From: Verrucomicrobiota bacterium
GTDB lineage: Bacteria > Verrucomicrobiota > Verrucomicrobiia > Limisphaerales > UBA11358
Reading direction: 5' to 3'
Length of the DNA stretch: 64,000 bases
NCBI GenBank assembly: GCA_049509875.1
Contig: JBEKZM010000015.1
Coordinates: 4,546-68,545 of the forward strand
Positions 53,625 through 64,000 of the stretch are shown here, piece after piece. Below the pieces are notes generated by a model, which was not told the DNA's origin, made no database searches, and saw only the letters and a list, made by a program, of their open reading frames with translations. Position numbers and translations under genes: made by a program. Within the stretch, counting starts at the first letter, position 1. Every line of letters begins with the position of its first letter.

Positions 53625-55502
53625 TTACGCGACTTCCGCGCCTTCGAGGAAGCCCTGCAAATGGCGCACGCGCGTGGGATGGCGCAGTTTGCGCAACGCC
53701 TTGGCCTCGATCTGCCGAATGCGTTCGCGGGTGACGTTGTACATCTTGCCGATCTCCTCGAGCGTCCGCTCGTAACCGTCGGCCAAGCCGAAGCGCATTT
53801 CCAGAATCTTTCGTTCGCGCTCGGTCAGGGTGGTCAGGACATCGCTCAATTTCTCACGCAACAGGCTGTAGCTGGTCACATCCGACGGGTTCTCCGCCGA
53901 CTTGTCCTCAATAAAGTCGCCGACGCTCACATCGCCGTCATCGCCCACGGGCGCATGCAACGAAACCGGCTGCTGGGCCATCTTGAGCAGGGCGTGGATG
54001 CGCGCCACCGGCATGTGCATTTCGTCGGCCAGCTCCTCCGGGGTGGGCTCGCGGCCAAGCTCCTGGGTGAGCTGCTTTTGCGCGCGCCAGAGCTTGTTCA
54101 TGATTTCAATCATGTGCACCGGAATGCGGATGGTGCGCGCCTGGTCGGCGATGCTGCGGGTGATCGCCTGCCGGATCCACCAGATGGCGTAGGTCGAAAA
54201 CTTATAGCCGCGGCGATACTCGAACTTCTCGACGCCTTTCATCAGGCCGATGTTCCCTTCCTGGATCAGGTCCAGGAAGGACTGGCCGCGATTGGTGTAT
54301 TTCTTGGCCACGGAGACCACCAGGCGCAAGTTGGCCTCGGCCATGTGAGTTTTGGCCTTCAGGCCGCGGTCAGCCGCCGCCTTCAGGGACAGATACGCCT
54401 TCTGAAACTCCTCGCGCGGCATGCGGCCAAACAATTCCAAGGTCTGGACTTTCTGCTGTTCCGCCTCGATCGCTTCGCGTTTTTCGTTGGTATTGCGATG
54501 GGCTTCCAGCTCCTGCAACCGGCGGACGCTGGCCTGGAATTTTTCATGAATATTCCCCGCCACCACAATCATCTCCTCGACGACCTTTTGCTTGTAGTAA
54601 AACTTGGCGAAAAGCTCCTGGAGCCGGGCGTTGAGCTTTTTCAAATCGCGCTCGAGGGCCTCCTTGCGGCCTTTTTGCTGCGCCTTTTGCCAGGCGTAAT
54701 ATTTTTCGTCCACCTTTTGGTCCTGTTCGCGCACTTTTTTGATGTGCTTGCGCAGATCCTTGAGGTGGCCCTCGCGATTGGCGATCTTCTTGTCCACGAT
54801 CACCCGGTCAAAACGTTCCTTGGGCGGCTCGGACAGAAGTTTCTCCGCGATGGCAATGTGTTCCTTGGCGGTGAAACCCAGGCTGTACACAATGTTCTTC
54901 ATCTCCACCTCGGCGTCCTCGATCTTTTTGCAGATCTCCACCTCCTGCTCGCGGGTGAGCAGCGGCACTTTGCCCATTTGGTTCATGTACATCCGCACCG
55001 GGTCGTCCAGAATTTCCAACCGCGCGTCCTCATCCACCTCGTCGGCTTGGGCCTGGTCGGCCGGCTTGCCGCGGTCGGCCCGCTCCGCCTCGGCCTGATC
55101 CATGACAATTTCGACGTCCAGGCCGCGCAGCTTGGACAGCACGGAATCCAGCTCTTCCGGGCTTAAGTTGTCCGGCAGAATGTCATTGATGTCGTCATAG
55201 GTGACATAGCCATGCTCCTGCGAGAGATGCAGCAGCGTCTTGATCGTCTCGGTCAAATCCAAGGCTGACGGCGGGACTCCGGGCGCGGTCGCGGGGGCGC
55301 TGCCATTGGTCGGCGGCTTCGGAGGCGCCACTTTGGCGGGAGCCGGGACAACCGGTTCGGACTTGGTGGCATCCATTTTAACGGCCTTGCTGGAAATGAC
55401 AAATCGCCTCCGCACGGGCGGCGCTTGCAATTTGGGCGCTTTGGGACTGGAGGTGCGCGTGTGCGGCGTGTGCTTGGCCGCCAATGCTTTGCGTTTCAAC
55501 AT
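53625..55502 (-). CDS. rpoD: RNA polymerase primary sigma factor (sigma-70)
   Basis: Region 2 [17 protein letters not shown], region 3, and region 4 [26 protein letters not shown]...[30 protein letters not shown]. The non-conserved N-terminal extension is long. Confidence 0.95.
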   Translation of the reverse strand: MLKRKALAAKHTPHTRTSSPKAPKLQAPPVRRRFVISSKAVKMDATKSEPVVPAPAKVAPPKPPTNGSAPATAPGVPPSALDLTETIKTLLHLSQEHGYVTYDDINDILPDNLSPEELDSVLSKLRGLDVEIVMDQAEAERADRGKPADQAQADEVDEDARLEILDDPVRMYMNQMGKVPLLTREQEVEICKKIEDAEVEMKNIVYSLGFTAKEHIAIAEKLLSEPPKERFDRVIVDKKIANREGHLKDLRKHIKKVREQDQKVDEKYYAWQKAQQKGRKEALERDLKKLNARLQELFAKFYYKQKVVEEMIVVAGNIHEKFQASVRRLQELEAHRNTNEKREAIEAEQQKVQTLELFGRMPREEFQKAYLSLKAAADRGLKAKTHMAEANLRLVVSVAKKYTNRGQSFLDLIQEGNIGLMKGVEKFEYRRGYKFSTYAIWWIRQAITRSIADQARTIRIPVHMIEIMNKLWRAQKQLTQELGREPTPEELADEMHMPVARIHALLKMAQQPVSLHAPVGDDGDVSVGDFIEDKSAENPSDVTSYSLLREKLSDVLTTLTERERKILEMRFGLADGYERTLEEIGKMYNVTRERIRQIEAKALRKLRHPTRVRHLQGFLEGAEVA

Positions 55503-55858
55503 AAATATTCAGACAAATGAATCAGCGCGTCGGTTCAGAAATTTCATCTTAAACCACCGCAAATTTGCGGCTTCTGACGAAACTAGCGCGTTCATCGCTG
55601 TGAAGCTGGAACTGCGAACACCAGAAGACTGACGCCCGTCTATCTTAATGCCTCCGGGCGAAATTTCAAGCATAATCTTTCCCGTGTTGGCACCGCAAGC
55701 CTCTTGATGAGAAAAATTTCAAGTCCCGCAGAGGCAAAGACTTGAGTTTCCCTATGGCACCCGGAATTCTGACCTTTTGCCCTCGGGCGCAGACCCCGGC
55801 TGGCGCCGGCCACCCGCCGTGCCGCGGGCGGACAATTCGGCCTCAGGCGCGTCGCGGG

Positions 55859-56782
55859 CTAATCCATTCCCCGAACCGCGGCCACGTCCCGCTCAATCTG
55901 GCTCCGCAATTCCGCCCGGGATCCAAAACGAATCTCGTCCCGCAGTTTCACGCCCAGCTCCAGTTCCAATTCCTCCTGGTAAAGATTGCCGGTGAAATCG
56001 AGCAGATGCGCCTCCACGCGCACTTGCGGCCGGGCGGAGGACACGGTTGGGCGAAGGCCAATGTTCATGGCGGCCCGAAAGACGCGCCCCTGCAAGTTCG
56101 TGACCGCGAAATAAACCCCATTGGGCGGCAGCACCAAGTTCGCGGCGTCCAGATTCGCCGTGGGAAAACCGAGTTGGCGGCCGATCCCCTCGCCGGGAAT
56201 GACGCGGCCGCAGAGGCTGTAAGACCGGCCCAGCATCTGGCTGGCGGCGTCCAAATTACCCGTGCGAATCTGGTCCCGGATTCGCGTGCTGCTCACCGGT
56301 TGACCGTCCAGCGCGACGGCCGCGAGCCCGTGCACCTGAAAATGCAGTTCCTGGCCAAGCTGTTCGAGCAGGGCCACGTTGCCGGTCCGCCCGTGGCCGA
56401 AGACAAAGTCCGCCCCCACGCAGACGCTGTGGATTTTCCCAAACCCGCCCGCCAGTTCGCGGACAAACCGGTCGCCCGGCTTTTGGCTGAAGGGCTTGTC
56501 GAAGGCGATCTCGAGCAGGGCCTCCACGCCAAGCGCCCCGATGGCGCGAAGCTTTTGCGACCGCGAGTGAATCTGGGCCGGCACGCGGTCGGGCGCCACC
56601 ACCACGTTGGGATGGCGGTCAAACGTTACGACCACGGGCAGGGCTTCATGCTGGTGGGCGTCGGCAACGGTCTGCCGGATGATCTGCTGGTGGCCCAGAT
56701 GCACGCCGTCGAACACGCCAATCGCCAGGCAGACGCGGCGACTGCCGTTGCCGAGCTCTTCGGCGCTGTGGATGAGTTTCAT
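55859..56782 (-). CDS. ribF: Bifunctional riboflavin kinase / FMN adenylyltransferase
   Basis: LAIGVFDGVHLGHQ... (nucleotidyltransferase) and GFPTANL...YFAV...MNIGLRPT (riboflavin kinase). Confidence 0.95.
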   Translation of the reverse strand: MKLIHSAEELGNGSRRVCLAIGVFDGVHLGHQQIIRQTVADAHQHEALPVVVTFDRHPNVVVAPDRVPAQIHSRSQKLRAIGALGVEALLEIAFDKPFSQKPGDRFVRELAGGFGKIHSVCVGADFVFGHGRTGNVALLEQLGQELHFQVHGLAAVALDGQPVSSTRIRDQIRTGNLDAASQMLGRSYSLCGRVIPGEGIGRQLGFPTANLDAANLVLPPNGVYFAVTNLQGRVFRAAMNIGLRPTVSSARPQVRVEAHLLDFTGNLYQEELELELGVKLRDEIRFGSRAELRSQIERDVAAVRGMD

Positions 56783-56858
56783 CGGTACTAGAAAACGTAA
56801 AAAGGCCGCGCCGCTAAAGCGGTGCGACCGCTTCCGCCGGCGAACGCCGCCCAGGCAT

Positions 56859-57572
56859 TCATGCGGCCGCCAGTTTCAAAAAGGGAAGCACGCGCTGCTC
56901 CAATTGCGCCTCGCTCAGTTGCAGGACGGCCTCCAGCGGCAGCGCGTCGGCGACGTCGAATTTTCCGGAAGCAATCCGGCGCAAGGCCGTCAGGTGGGCG
57001 CCGCAGCCGAGCTTTTGGCCCAGGTCATGGGCCAGCACGCGCACGTAGGTGCCTTTGGTGCAGGCGACCCGGAATTTTCCGAAGGGCTCGCTATATTCCC
57101 TGAAGCGGAAATTGTAGATGTGAATCAAGCGCGGCTCGCGCTCCACCTCCACGCCCTGGCGCGCCAGCTTGTACAGCGGCACGCCGTTCTTTTTGATGGC
57201 CGAAACCATCGGTGGCACCTGCATCAGGTCGCCAACGAACGTGGCCGCCTCCCGGTTGAGTTCTTCCAGCGTCATGGGCATCACGGGCAGCGACCCGGTC
57301 AATTCGCCGTCGGCGTCGTGGCTGTCGGTCGCTTCGCCAAATTTGACCGTGCCTTCGTACACTTTGTCGTGCCCCATGAGACGCTCGGAGAGCTTGGTGC
57401 CGCGGCCGAGCACGATGATCAACAACCCCGTCGCGTTCGGGTCCAGCGTCCCGCAATGGCCGACCTTTTTGATCCCGAACTTGCGGCGAATCGCGTCCAC
57501 GACGTCGTGCGAGGTCGGGCCAGCGGGCTTGTCAACGAGAATGGCGCCGTCAAAGGCAGAGAATTCTTGCAT
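56859..57572 (-). CDS. truB: tRNA pseudouridine(55) synthase
   Basis: ILVDKPAGPTSHDVV...KVGHCGTLDPNATGLL is the catalytic Asp motif, followed by the PUA-less short form. Confidence 0.95.
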   Translation of the reverse strand: MQEFSAFDGAILVDKPAGPTSHDVVDAIRRKFGIKKVGHCGTLDPNATGLLIIVLGRGTKLSERLMGHDKVYEGTVKFGEATDSHDADGELTGSLPVMPMTLEELNREAATFVGDLMQVPPMVSAIKKNGVPLYKLARQGVEVEREPRLIHIYNFRFREYSEPFGKFRVACTKGTYVRVLAHDLGQKLGCGAHLTALRRIASGKFDVADALPLEAVLQLSEAQLEQRVLPFLKLAAA

Positions 57573-57579
57573 GGTCCAG

Positions 57580-58563
57580 TCACTTCACCGAGTTCAGCGC
57601 GCGTTTCACGGCCGCGATCACCCTGCGTTGCACGGCCAGCGGCGTGCCGGGAATGCGTGCCCCCGCCGCGGCCGGGTGGCCGCCGCCCCCGAATTGCCGG
57701 CAGATTTCGCTGACATTGACCGCTGCGCTTTTCGAACGGAGGCTGAGACGGGTCAACTCCGGCTCCAGTTCCTCGAAAACGCAGGCGACGATCACCGGCT
57801 CAATGGCGCGGATGTGATCGATCAGGCCCTCCGTATCATCGCTCTCGGCGCCCGTCCGGGCAAAATCCTTCTTCTTCAGCCAGAACCAGGCGATGCGGTT
57901 ATCGGCCGTCAACCGGAACGTGCTGTAAACGTGCCGAAGCAGCCGCGCCCGCGAAAGCGGATAGGATTGGTAAACCTCGTCGCAGATTTTGGCCAGGTTG
58001 GCCCCGCGGGTGACTAGTTCCGCGCCGACGTGAAAAGTTCCGGGCCGGGTGTTCGAATACTGGAACGAGCCGGTGTCCGTCGAAATCGCCGTAAACAACT
58101 GGTCGGCGATCGGCCGGGTGATGGGCCAGCGCGCCACCTTGAGCAGCTTGAAAATCAACTCGCCGGTGGACGGTTCGCGCGGCGAAACCCAGTTCACGTC
58201 GGCGTAGCGGGTGTTACTTTCGTGGTGGTCGATGTTGATGAAAACCTTGCGCTTGGCCACACACTCGCCGGCCTTGCCCAGCCGCTCAAAGCTGGCGCAA
58301 TCGGTGGCAATGACGCAGTCGAACTGCTCGCCGCTGCGGGGCTTCGCGAACAACCCGCTGGCGTTGAGAAACTTGTACTTCTGCGGAATGGCATCATGAT
58401 TCCATACCGTCACCTGTTTGCCCTCGTTTTGCAGGGCCAGCGCCAAGCCGAGCTGCGAGCCGATGCAGTCGCCATCGGGGCGCACATGGCCGACGATGCA
58501 GAACGTTGCGTTCTGGCGGAGGATCTCGAGAATCCGGTCGATAATTTTCGGATAACTTTTCAC
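57580..58563 (-). CDS. nrnA: DHH/DHHA1 phosphoesterase (NrnA-like oligoribonuclease / pAp phosphatase)
   Basis: HVRPDGDCIGS, INIDHH and GGGHPAAAG are the DHH and DHHA1 motifs. Confidence 0.85.
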   Translation of the reverse strand: MKSYPKIIDRILEILRQNATFCIVGHVRPDGDCIGSQLGLALALQNEGKQVTVWNHDAIPQKYKFLNASGLFAKPRSGEQFDCVIATDCASFERLGKAGECVAKRKVFINIDHHESNTRYADVNWVSPREPSTGELIFKLLKVARWPITRPIADQLFTAISTDTGSFQYSNTRPGTFHVGAELVTRGANLAKICDEVYQSYPLSRARLLRHVYSTFRLTADNRIAWFWLKKKDFARTGAESDDTEGLIDHIRAIEPVIVACVFEELEPELTRLSLRSKSAAVNVSEICRQFGGGGHPAAAGARIPGTPLAVQRRVIAAVKRALNSVK

Positions 58564-58588
58564 GATTCGGCTGCTTCAGAGGAGATTC

Positions 58589-58987
58589 TTACTGGTCGCC
58601 CGCGGGATCGGAGGCCTTTTCGCCCTTTTCCACCGGACCGGCGGATTCCTTTTCCAGTTCGTCGATGATCTGCAAAACACGGTTGCCACGCACAATGGAA
58701 TCATCGACCAGGAATTTGAGCGTGGGCGTGAATTTCAAGACGACGGATTTGGCCACCAGGCCTTGCAGCCGGATTCGATGTTGTTCCAAGGCCTGCAGAC
58801 CGTGCTTCTGCTGGTCGGCGTTGCCCAGGATGCTGACAAAGGCCACGGCCGACTTGAGGTCGCCGCCGACGTCCACGTCGTTCACGGTGATGAGGCCGAC
58901 GTCGTCAACGTTAAATTCCCTGCGAACGGCTTCGCCAATGGCTCGTTTCAACAGTTCGCGCACGCGTTCATGTCGCAATGTGTGCAT
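58589..58987 (-). CDS. rbfA: Ribosome-binding factor A
   Basis: RVRELLKRAIGEAVRREFNVDDVGLITVNDVDVGGDLKSAVAFVS... It sits between infB and truB, as in most bacteria. Confidence 0.9.
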   Translation of the reverse strand: MHTLRHERVRELLKRAIGEAVRREFNVDDVGLITVNDVDVGGDLKSAVAFVSILGNADQQKHGLQALEQHRIRLQGLVAKSVVLKFTPTLKFLVDDSIVRGNRVLQIIDELEKESAGPVEKGEKASDPAGDQ

Positions 58988-59067
58988 AGGTCAATTCGAA
59001 TCGTTGAACGGGTGAAGGGCTGGCTCAACGCCGACCCTTCGTCCATCCGTGTCCAGGGGTCCGCGGT

Positions 59068-61611
59068 TCATAGTTTGGCCGCCGATTTTTCAATGGCATA
59101 GCACTCGATGACATCCCCGACCTGGATTTCGCCGAAGCCTTCGATGCGAATGCCGCATTCCATGCCCGCGCGAACTTCGTTCACCTCGTCCTGGAACCGC
59201 CGCAACGACTGAGTGACGCCCTCGTAAATGATGTCCTTGCGCCGGCGCACGCGCACTTTGCCGCGCGTTACACGGCCGTTGGTGACCGCACAGCCGGCGA
59301 CGGGCAGGCCCTTGGACAATTCGAATATCTGCCGCACCTCGGCCGAACCGACCACGGTTTCCTTGATGACCGGATCCAGCAAGCCCGCCATCGCCGCCTT
59401 CACCTCGTCGATCAATTCGTAAATGATCGCGTAGAGCTTGATCTGCACGCCCGCATGTTTGGATTTTTCCGCGGCGGTGCTGTCCACGCGGGTATGAAAG
59501 CCCAGGATGACCGCCTTGGACGCCGATGCGAGCGCCACGTCGTTTTCGGTGATGGTGCCCACGTCGCTGTGCAGGATCTCGAGCGAAACCTTGTCCGACT
59601 CAATCTTCTTGATCGCTTCGACGATGGCCTCCACGGAACCCTGGGTGTCGGCCTTGACGACGACGCGCAGCACCTTGCTTTGCGCGGCTTCCAGGGAGGC
59701 GAACAAATTCTCGAGCGTCACCTTCGAGCGGTTCTCCAGGTCCTGGCTCTTATGCACCATGGCACGTTCCTCAGCCAGGGCGCGCGCCGCTTTTTCGTCG
59801 TCCACGGAGCTGAATTCCCAGCCCGCTTCCGGCACGCCGTTGAGGCCCAGCACGCTCACGGCCACCGACGGCCCGGCTTCCTTGAGCCGATGGCCCTCCT
59901 CGCTGATCAGCGCGCGCACCTTGCCGTAAAACTCGCCGCAAATGATCACGTCGCTCAAATGCAGCGTGCCTTTGCGCACCAGCACGGTCGCCGTGGGACC
60001 GCCGGCTGAAACCCCGGACTCGATCACGTTGCCCTTGGCGTGGCGGTCGGGGTTCGCCTTGAGCTCCAGCAAATCCGCCTGGAGCAGAATCATCTCCAGC
60101 AGCTTGTCGATGCCCTGTTTCGTGAGCGCTGAACACTCCACGTAAATGGTGTCGCCGCCCCAGTCGTCCGGCACCAGGCCCTTGTCTTGCAACTGCTGGC
60201 GGACCTTCAACGGGTTGGCGTTTGGGTGATCGCATTTGTTGATGGCGACCAGAATCGGCACCTTGGCCGCCTTGGCGTGAGCGAGGGCTTCCAGCGTCTG
60301 CGGCATCACGCCGTCGTTGGCGGCCACCACCAGCACCACAATATCCGTCACATTGGCGCCGCGGGCACGCATGGAGCTGAACGCCGCGTGGCCGGGCGTG
60401 TCGAGAAAGGTGATCTGCGCCATTTCACCCTTTCGCTCCGGATGGGGCACCGATATGGTATAGGCGCCGATGTGCTGCGTGATGCCCCCGGCTTCCCCCG
60501 CCGCCACGTTCGCCTTGCGAATGACGTCCAAGAGGGAGGTCTTGCCGTGGTCAACGTGGCCCATGATGGTCACCACCGGGGCGCGCGGCTTCAAATCCTC
60601 GGCCTTGTCGTCCACGTCCAGTTCCACCTTGCGCTCCTGCTGGTGGACGATACCCTCGCCTTTGGCCCGTTTTTCCGCCTCAAACCGATAACCAAAATTC
60701 GCGGCCACCTGCGCGGCGATCTTCTCGTCAATGGATTGGTTGACCGTGGCCATGACGCGCAGCTTCATCAGCTCCGCAATGATGGCAAACGGCTTCTGCT
60801 TCATCGCTTCGGCCAGCGCCCGGACAATGATCGGGGGCTTGATGGTGATCACCTGGGCGTCCGACGGCAGGACGATCCTTGGCTGTTGCGGCGGCGCGGG
60901 TTTGGCGGGAGCCGCAGCCGGCATGGGGCGCCCATCCCGGCCACGCTGTCCGCCGTGGCGCCCGTCGCCGCGCTGGTCTCCGCGTGACGGCAGGGCCGGC
61001 CGCCCGGCCGGCGGCACGCGCTGTCCGCCGCGGTCACGATCCCGGTCATTGCCTCGCGGTGCCGGGCGTGCCGGCAACTGGATGCGGCCGACCAATTCAC
61101 CGATTTTTGGCCTGGGTGGCAGCGGCGGCGGGATGGGAGCCATGGGCTTGGGCGGCGGCGGCGCCACGGGCGCTGGCGGCGAGAGGGGAATGGCCGCGGC
61201 AATCACGGGGGCAGGCGCGGGTGGCGGGACTGCGGCTGGCTTGGGCGCCAACTCGGGCACCGGCGGCGGTTCCACTTTGGTCTCCATAACCGGTTCTGCC
61301 TTTTTTACTTCTTCAACTGGCGCGGGTGCGGGCGGCGGCGGCGCCAGCGGCGGCGGCGGGGCGGTGATGAGGATGATCGGTTCGGGCGCAGGCGGGGGCG
61401 CGGGCTTTTCCTCGACGGGCTTGGGGGAGAGGCGGGCGGCTACGGCTGGATTGGTACGTATGATTTCCTCTTCCAGCCATTCGGCGGTGATTTTGTCAAG
61501 CGAGCTGGACGGGACCTTGGCGGCGGCAATGCCCAATTCCTTGGCCTTCACGAGAATTTCTTTGTTCTCGAGGCCAAGTTTCTTTGCAATGTCGTAAACA
61601 CGAACGGGCAT
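59068..61611 (-). CDS. infB: Translation initiation factor IF-2
   Basis: [13 protein letters not shown]..., a Pro/Ala-rich linker, the GTPase [14 protein letters not shown] / DTPGH / NKCD, and a C-terminal beta-barrel. Confidence 0.97.
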   Translation of the reverse strand: MPVRVYDIAKKLGLENKEILVKAKELGIAAAKVPSSSLDKITAEWLEEEIIRTNPAVAARLSPKPVEEKPAPPPAPEPIILITAPPPPLAPPPPAPAPVEEVKKAEPVMETKVEPPPVPELAPKPAAVPPPAPAPVIAAAIPLSPPAPVAPPPPKPMAPIPPPLPPRPKIGELVGRIQLPARPAPRGNDRDRDRGGQRVPPAGRPALPSRGDQRGDGRHGGQRGRDGRPMPAAAPAKPAPPQQPRIVLPSDAQVITIKPPIIVRALAEAMKQKPFAIIAELMKLRVMATVNQSIDEKIAAQVAANFGYRFEAEKRAKGEGIVHQQERKVELDVDDKAEDLKPRAPVVTIMGHVDHGKTSLLDVIRKANVAAGEAGGITQHIGAYTISVPHPERKGEMAQITFLDTPGHAAFSSMRARGANVTDIVVLVVAANDGVMPQTLEALAHAKAAKVPILVAINKCDHPNANPLKVRQQLQDKGLVPDDWGGDTIYVECSALTKQGIDKLLEMILLQADLLELKANPDRHAKGNVIESGVSAGGPTATVLVRKGTLHLSDVIICGEFYGKVRALISEEGHRLKEAGPSVAVSVLGLNGVPEAGWEFSSVDDEKAARALAEERAMVHKSQDLENRSKVTLENLFASLEAAQSKVLRVVVKADTQGSVEAIVEAIKKIESDKVSLEILHSDVGTITENDVALASASKAVILGFHTRVDSTAAEKSKHAGVQIKLYAIIYELIDEVKAAMAGLLDPVIKETVVGSAEVRQIFELSKGLPVAGCAVTNGRVTRGKVRVRRRKDIIYEGVTQSLRRFQDEVNEVRAGMECGIRIEGFGEIQVGDVIECYAIEKSAAKL

Positions 61612-61706
61612 AATTTCTTTCCACTGCCGCCGACCGGAATGTGCGCTTCGCCGTCATGGCTTAAATCGCGTTCATCCAAACAGTAACGATCCGCGTCATA
61701 AATCGA

Positions 61707-62990
61707 TCAATGTGGCGCCGCGGTTTCGCCGCCGACCGGCAACGTGCGGCGGCCCGCTTCGGCTCGCGCGGCTACCAAGATCGCCGCAGCGCTTTCCCCA
61801 ATTTGCGGGATGTCCGCCAAATCGGTGGCTTCCGCCGACAACAAATCTTCCAGCCGCGTGATACCGTTATGGACCAGGACGTCGGCCTGCTCGCGCGTGA
61901 TGCCGGGGATGGCCGCAATCAGCTCCACGGCTTCCGCCACTTTCTCGTCAAATCCTTTGGTGATGATTTGCTCGGCATCAATGTTTACTTCCCAGCCCGT
62001 CAAGCGCGCCGTCAGCCGCGCATTCTGTCCCCGCTTGCCGATCGCCAGCGAAAGCTGGTCCTCCGTCACCATGATGTTGAGTGCCTTCCTCGCCTCATCC
62101 ACCTCGATGCTCTTGATCTTGGCCGGCTCCAGCGCCTTGGTGACGAACGCCTTGATGTCCGATGACCACGGGATCACGTCCACCTTCTCATTGTTCAGCT
62201 CGCGCACGATGTTCTTGACGCGCTGGCCGCGCATGCCCACGCATGCCCCCACCGGGTCCACTTTGGAATCGCGCGAATAAACGGCCATCTTCGTCCGAAA
62301 ACCGGGTTCGCGCGCTATGCCCTTGATTTCAATCGTTCCGTCATTGATTTCGGAAACCTCAAGTTGAAAGAGCTTTACTATGAACCGCGTGTCCGCCCGC
62401 GACAGGATGATCTCCGGCCCGTGCGCGCCTTCCTGCACCGCCTTAATATAGCAGCGAATCCGTTCGCCCACCTGGTATTCTTCGGTTGGCACCCGTTCCT
62501 TGTTGGGCATGAGCGCCTCATATTTCCCCAAATCCAAAATAACATCCGACCGGTCAAATCGCCGAACGGTGCCGCTGACGATGTCCCCCACGCGGTCCTT
62601 GTACTCGGTAATGAGCATCGCCTTTTCGGCCTGGCGCACCTTTTGCATGAGCGCCTGCTTGGCGTATTGAGCCGCAATCCGGCCGAACCCCTGGGGAGTC
62701 ACTTCCTTCTCAATCTCATCCCCCACCTTGGCGTCGGGCTTGAGGCGCCGGGCGTCAAACACCGAAATCTGGTCATGCTGGGAGACCACCCGGTCGGCCA
62801 CGATAAGTTTCGCAAATGCCTTAATATCACCGGTTTTGGGGTCCATGTCCACGCGCAGCTCGCGCGCCGGGCCCACGGCCTTCTTCGCGGCCTGCAACAA
62901 TGCATCCTGGACGGCAGCCATGAGAGTTTCACGGCTGACGCCTTTCTCACGCTCCCAGAATTCTAGTCCAGCTATAAAATCTGCATTCAT
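61707..62990 (-). CDS. nusA: Transcription termination/antitermination factor NusA
   Basis: The N-terminal domain, S1, KH1/KH2 (GACVGMRGQRVKNIVREL; AIGKRGQNARL) and C-terminal HhH repeats are all present. Confidence 0.97.
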   Translation of the reverse strand: MNADFIAGLEFWEREKGVSRETLMAAVQDALLQAAKKAVGPARELRVDMDPKTGDIKAFAKLIVADRVVSQHDQISVFDARRLKPDAKVGDEIEKEVTPQGFGRIAAQYAKQALMQKVRQAEKAMLITEYKDRVGDIVSGTVRRFDRSDVILDLGKYEALMPNKERVPTEEYQVGERIRCYIKAVQEGAHGPEIILSRADTRFIVKLFQLEVSEINDGTIEIKGIAREPGFRTKMAVYSRDSKVDPVGACVGMRGQRVKNIVRELNNEKVDVIPWSSDIKAFVTKALEPAKIKSIEVDEARKALNIMVTEDQLSLAIGKRGQNARLTARLTGWEVNIDAEQIITKGFDEKVAEAVELIAAIPGITREQADVLVHNGITRLEDLLSAEATDLADIPQIGESAAAILVAARAEAGRRTLPVGGETAAPH

Positions 62991-63027
62991 ACGCTATCGC
63001 TGCGCGGCACCGGCATCCGTTCCGGCG

Positions 63028-63084
63028 AATAAAAAAGTCGGAAGGACCTTTGTCTCCGACTTCGCACGGCTGGCAAAACCAGCC
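63028..63084 (-). terminator. Two tandem hairpins, the second with a U-tract, in the nusA leader (candidate attenuator)
   Basis: The minus strand reads GGCTGGTTTTGCCAGCC (63084..63068), then AAGTCGGA-GACAAAGGTCCT-TCCGACTT (63062..63035), followed by TTTTATT. This ends 38 nt before the nusA ATG. Confidence 0.5.
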
Positions 63085-63103
63085 AATACCGCTTTGTTCT
63101 AAT

Positions 63104-63131
63104 ATGATAAGTTTTTCCATTCCACCGTCAA
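63104..63131 (-). promoter_or_regulatory. Candidate sigma-70-type promoter for nusA-infB
   Basis: The minus strand reads TTGACG-N16-TATCAT (63131..63126 and 63109..63104), in the divergent nusA / moeA intergenic region. Confidence 0.35.
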
Positions 63132-63277
63132 GTCGAAAACCCCGGGAATATTTCGCCGCCCCCACCGGGCAAAAATGGCCCCCCTCCCCGCATCCTGTCC
63201 TTCCACTGCCTTACAATACACTACCGCCCATCGGCAACAGTGGAAATCTCCGGCGGATTGCGTTATATGTTTTCCGC

Positions 63278-64000
63278 ATGATCTCCCTGGGCGAGGCCCG
63301 CGCCTTGATTGTCCAAAAGATTCTGCCGTTGCCTGCCGTCGCCACGCCGTTGGCCACGGCGTGCGGTCGCGTGTTGCGCCGGGATGTCCGCGCCCGGGAG
63401 GATCTGCCTGCTTTTGACCGCTCGGCCATGGACGGCTACGCCATCGCCGCCGGTGACTCGTCCCGCAGATTTCGCATCGTGGCCGAAGTCCAGCCGGGTC
63501 CGGCGCCGACCTGCAAAATCCGCCCCGGGGAATGCGTTCGCATTTTTACCGGCGCGGCGATTCCCGGTGGCGCCTCACAGGTGCTCGCGCAAGAACACGT
63601 CCGCCGCGAGGGGAATTTCATGGTGCCGCTGGAAAGAGAGGCTGCCACGCACATCCGTCGCCGCGGCGAGGACGCGCGAAAAGGCGATTTGCTGTTGAAA
63701 AAAGGCGCCCGCCTGGGCCCCGGCGACCTGGCCCTGCTCGCCAGCCTGGGCCTGACCCGACCAAAGGTGTCGCCGCCCGCGCGGGTGGCGCATTTGACCA
63801 CCGGCAATGAACTGGTGGCGCCGGAGAAAGAGCCGCGGCCGGGTATGATCCGCGATTCCAACAGCACGCTGGTGGCGGCCCTGGCCGCCAAGTTCGGCGG
63901 CCAAATCGTCTGCCAGGAGCGCGTCCCCGACGATTTCAACCTGCTCCTGAAAAAAGGGCGCGCCTTGGGCAGGTCCATTGATCTGCTCCTGCTCTCGGGC
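63278..64000 (+). CDS. moeA: Molybdopterin molybdenumtransferase MoeA (N-terminal 241 aa; runs off the right window edge)
   Basis: Own translation from the ATG at 63278: MISLGEARALIVQKILPLPAVATPLATACGRVLRRDVRAREDLPAFDRSAMDGYAIAAGD...IFTGAAIPGGA...IRRRGEDARKGDLLL...GNELV...IRDSNS. It is missing from the ORF track because the frame is open at position 64000. Confidence 0.85.
   Translation, partial: MISLGEARALIVQKILPLPAVATPLATACGRVLRRDVRAREDLPAFDRSAMDGYAIAAGDSSRRFRIVAEVQPGPAPTCKIRPGECVRIFTGAAIPGGASQVLAQEHVRREGNFMVPLEREAATHIRRRGEDARKGDLLLKKGARLGPGDLALLASLGLTRPKVSPPARVAHLTTGNELVAPEKEPRPGMIRDSNSTLVAALAAKFGGQIVCQERVPDDFNLLLKKGRALGRSIDLLLLSG

Noticed and set aside
53661-55166. 501-aa plus-strand ORF opposite rpoD
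   Set aside because: It is a Leu/Gly/Ala/His-rich antisense translation of a clearly identified sigma-70 gene.
60731-61597. 288-aa plus-strand Gly/Ala-rich ORF opposite the infB 5-prime region
   Set aside because: It is the antisense of the Pro/Ala-rich IF-2 linker. Its low complexity mirrors that region.
63166-63277. Possible Moco riboswitch upstream of moeA
   Set aside because: I could not find the conserved Moco-motif stems or sequence blocks. The region is better explained as the divergent promoter region shared with nusA.

Overview
This is a high-GC bacterial chromosomal segment with strong GC3 bias in the real genes. GC-driven shadow ORFs lie on the opposite strand of almost every gene. 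The gene content points to a PVC-superphylum, Verrucomicrobiota-like organism, but that is inference only. The supporting content is Cys-type sulfatases, a DUF1559-like pseudopilin domain, type II glutamine synthetase, GH57/GH31 enzymes, TonB-dependent uptake genes and many GGAGCGC-headed hairpin repeats.

I call about 57 protein-coding genes. I could not recognise any rRNA, tRNA or CRISPR array.

Housekeeping blocks:
- rplU-rpmA-obg
- rpsU
- glnII, and glnK-amtB with sigma-54-type promoters
- acnA
- hisD
- rpoD
- the conserved nusA-infB-rbfA-nrnA-truB-ribF string
- moeA

Accessory or unusual content:
1. Two paralogous RAYT-type HUH (Y1) transposase genes sit either side of a rhomboid protease gene. 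Each is embedded in its own REP hairpin family. One carries a REP doublet inserted in frame just before its catalytic Tyr motif.
2. A four-gene overlapping membrane-protein cluster contains two GYF-domain proteins, one fused to a pseudopilin core that lacks a prepilin signal. It also contains two paralogous 2-TM proteins, one fused to pterin-4a-carbinolamine dehydratase.
3. A 129-aa mini protein kinase is translationally coupled to a PP2C phosphatase, and the pair lies between nitrogen-assimilation genes.
4. There is a DUF3300-DUF2950 secreted pair.
5. An orphan RelE/ParE-like toxin is followed by an AT-rich non-coding tail.
6. An AT-rich island lies between acnA and a two-component system.
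7. A promoter plus terminator-like leader lies in front of nusA.

Repeat coordinates were anchored on ORF-track translations where possible. Unanchored ones may be off by 1-2 nt.
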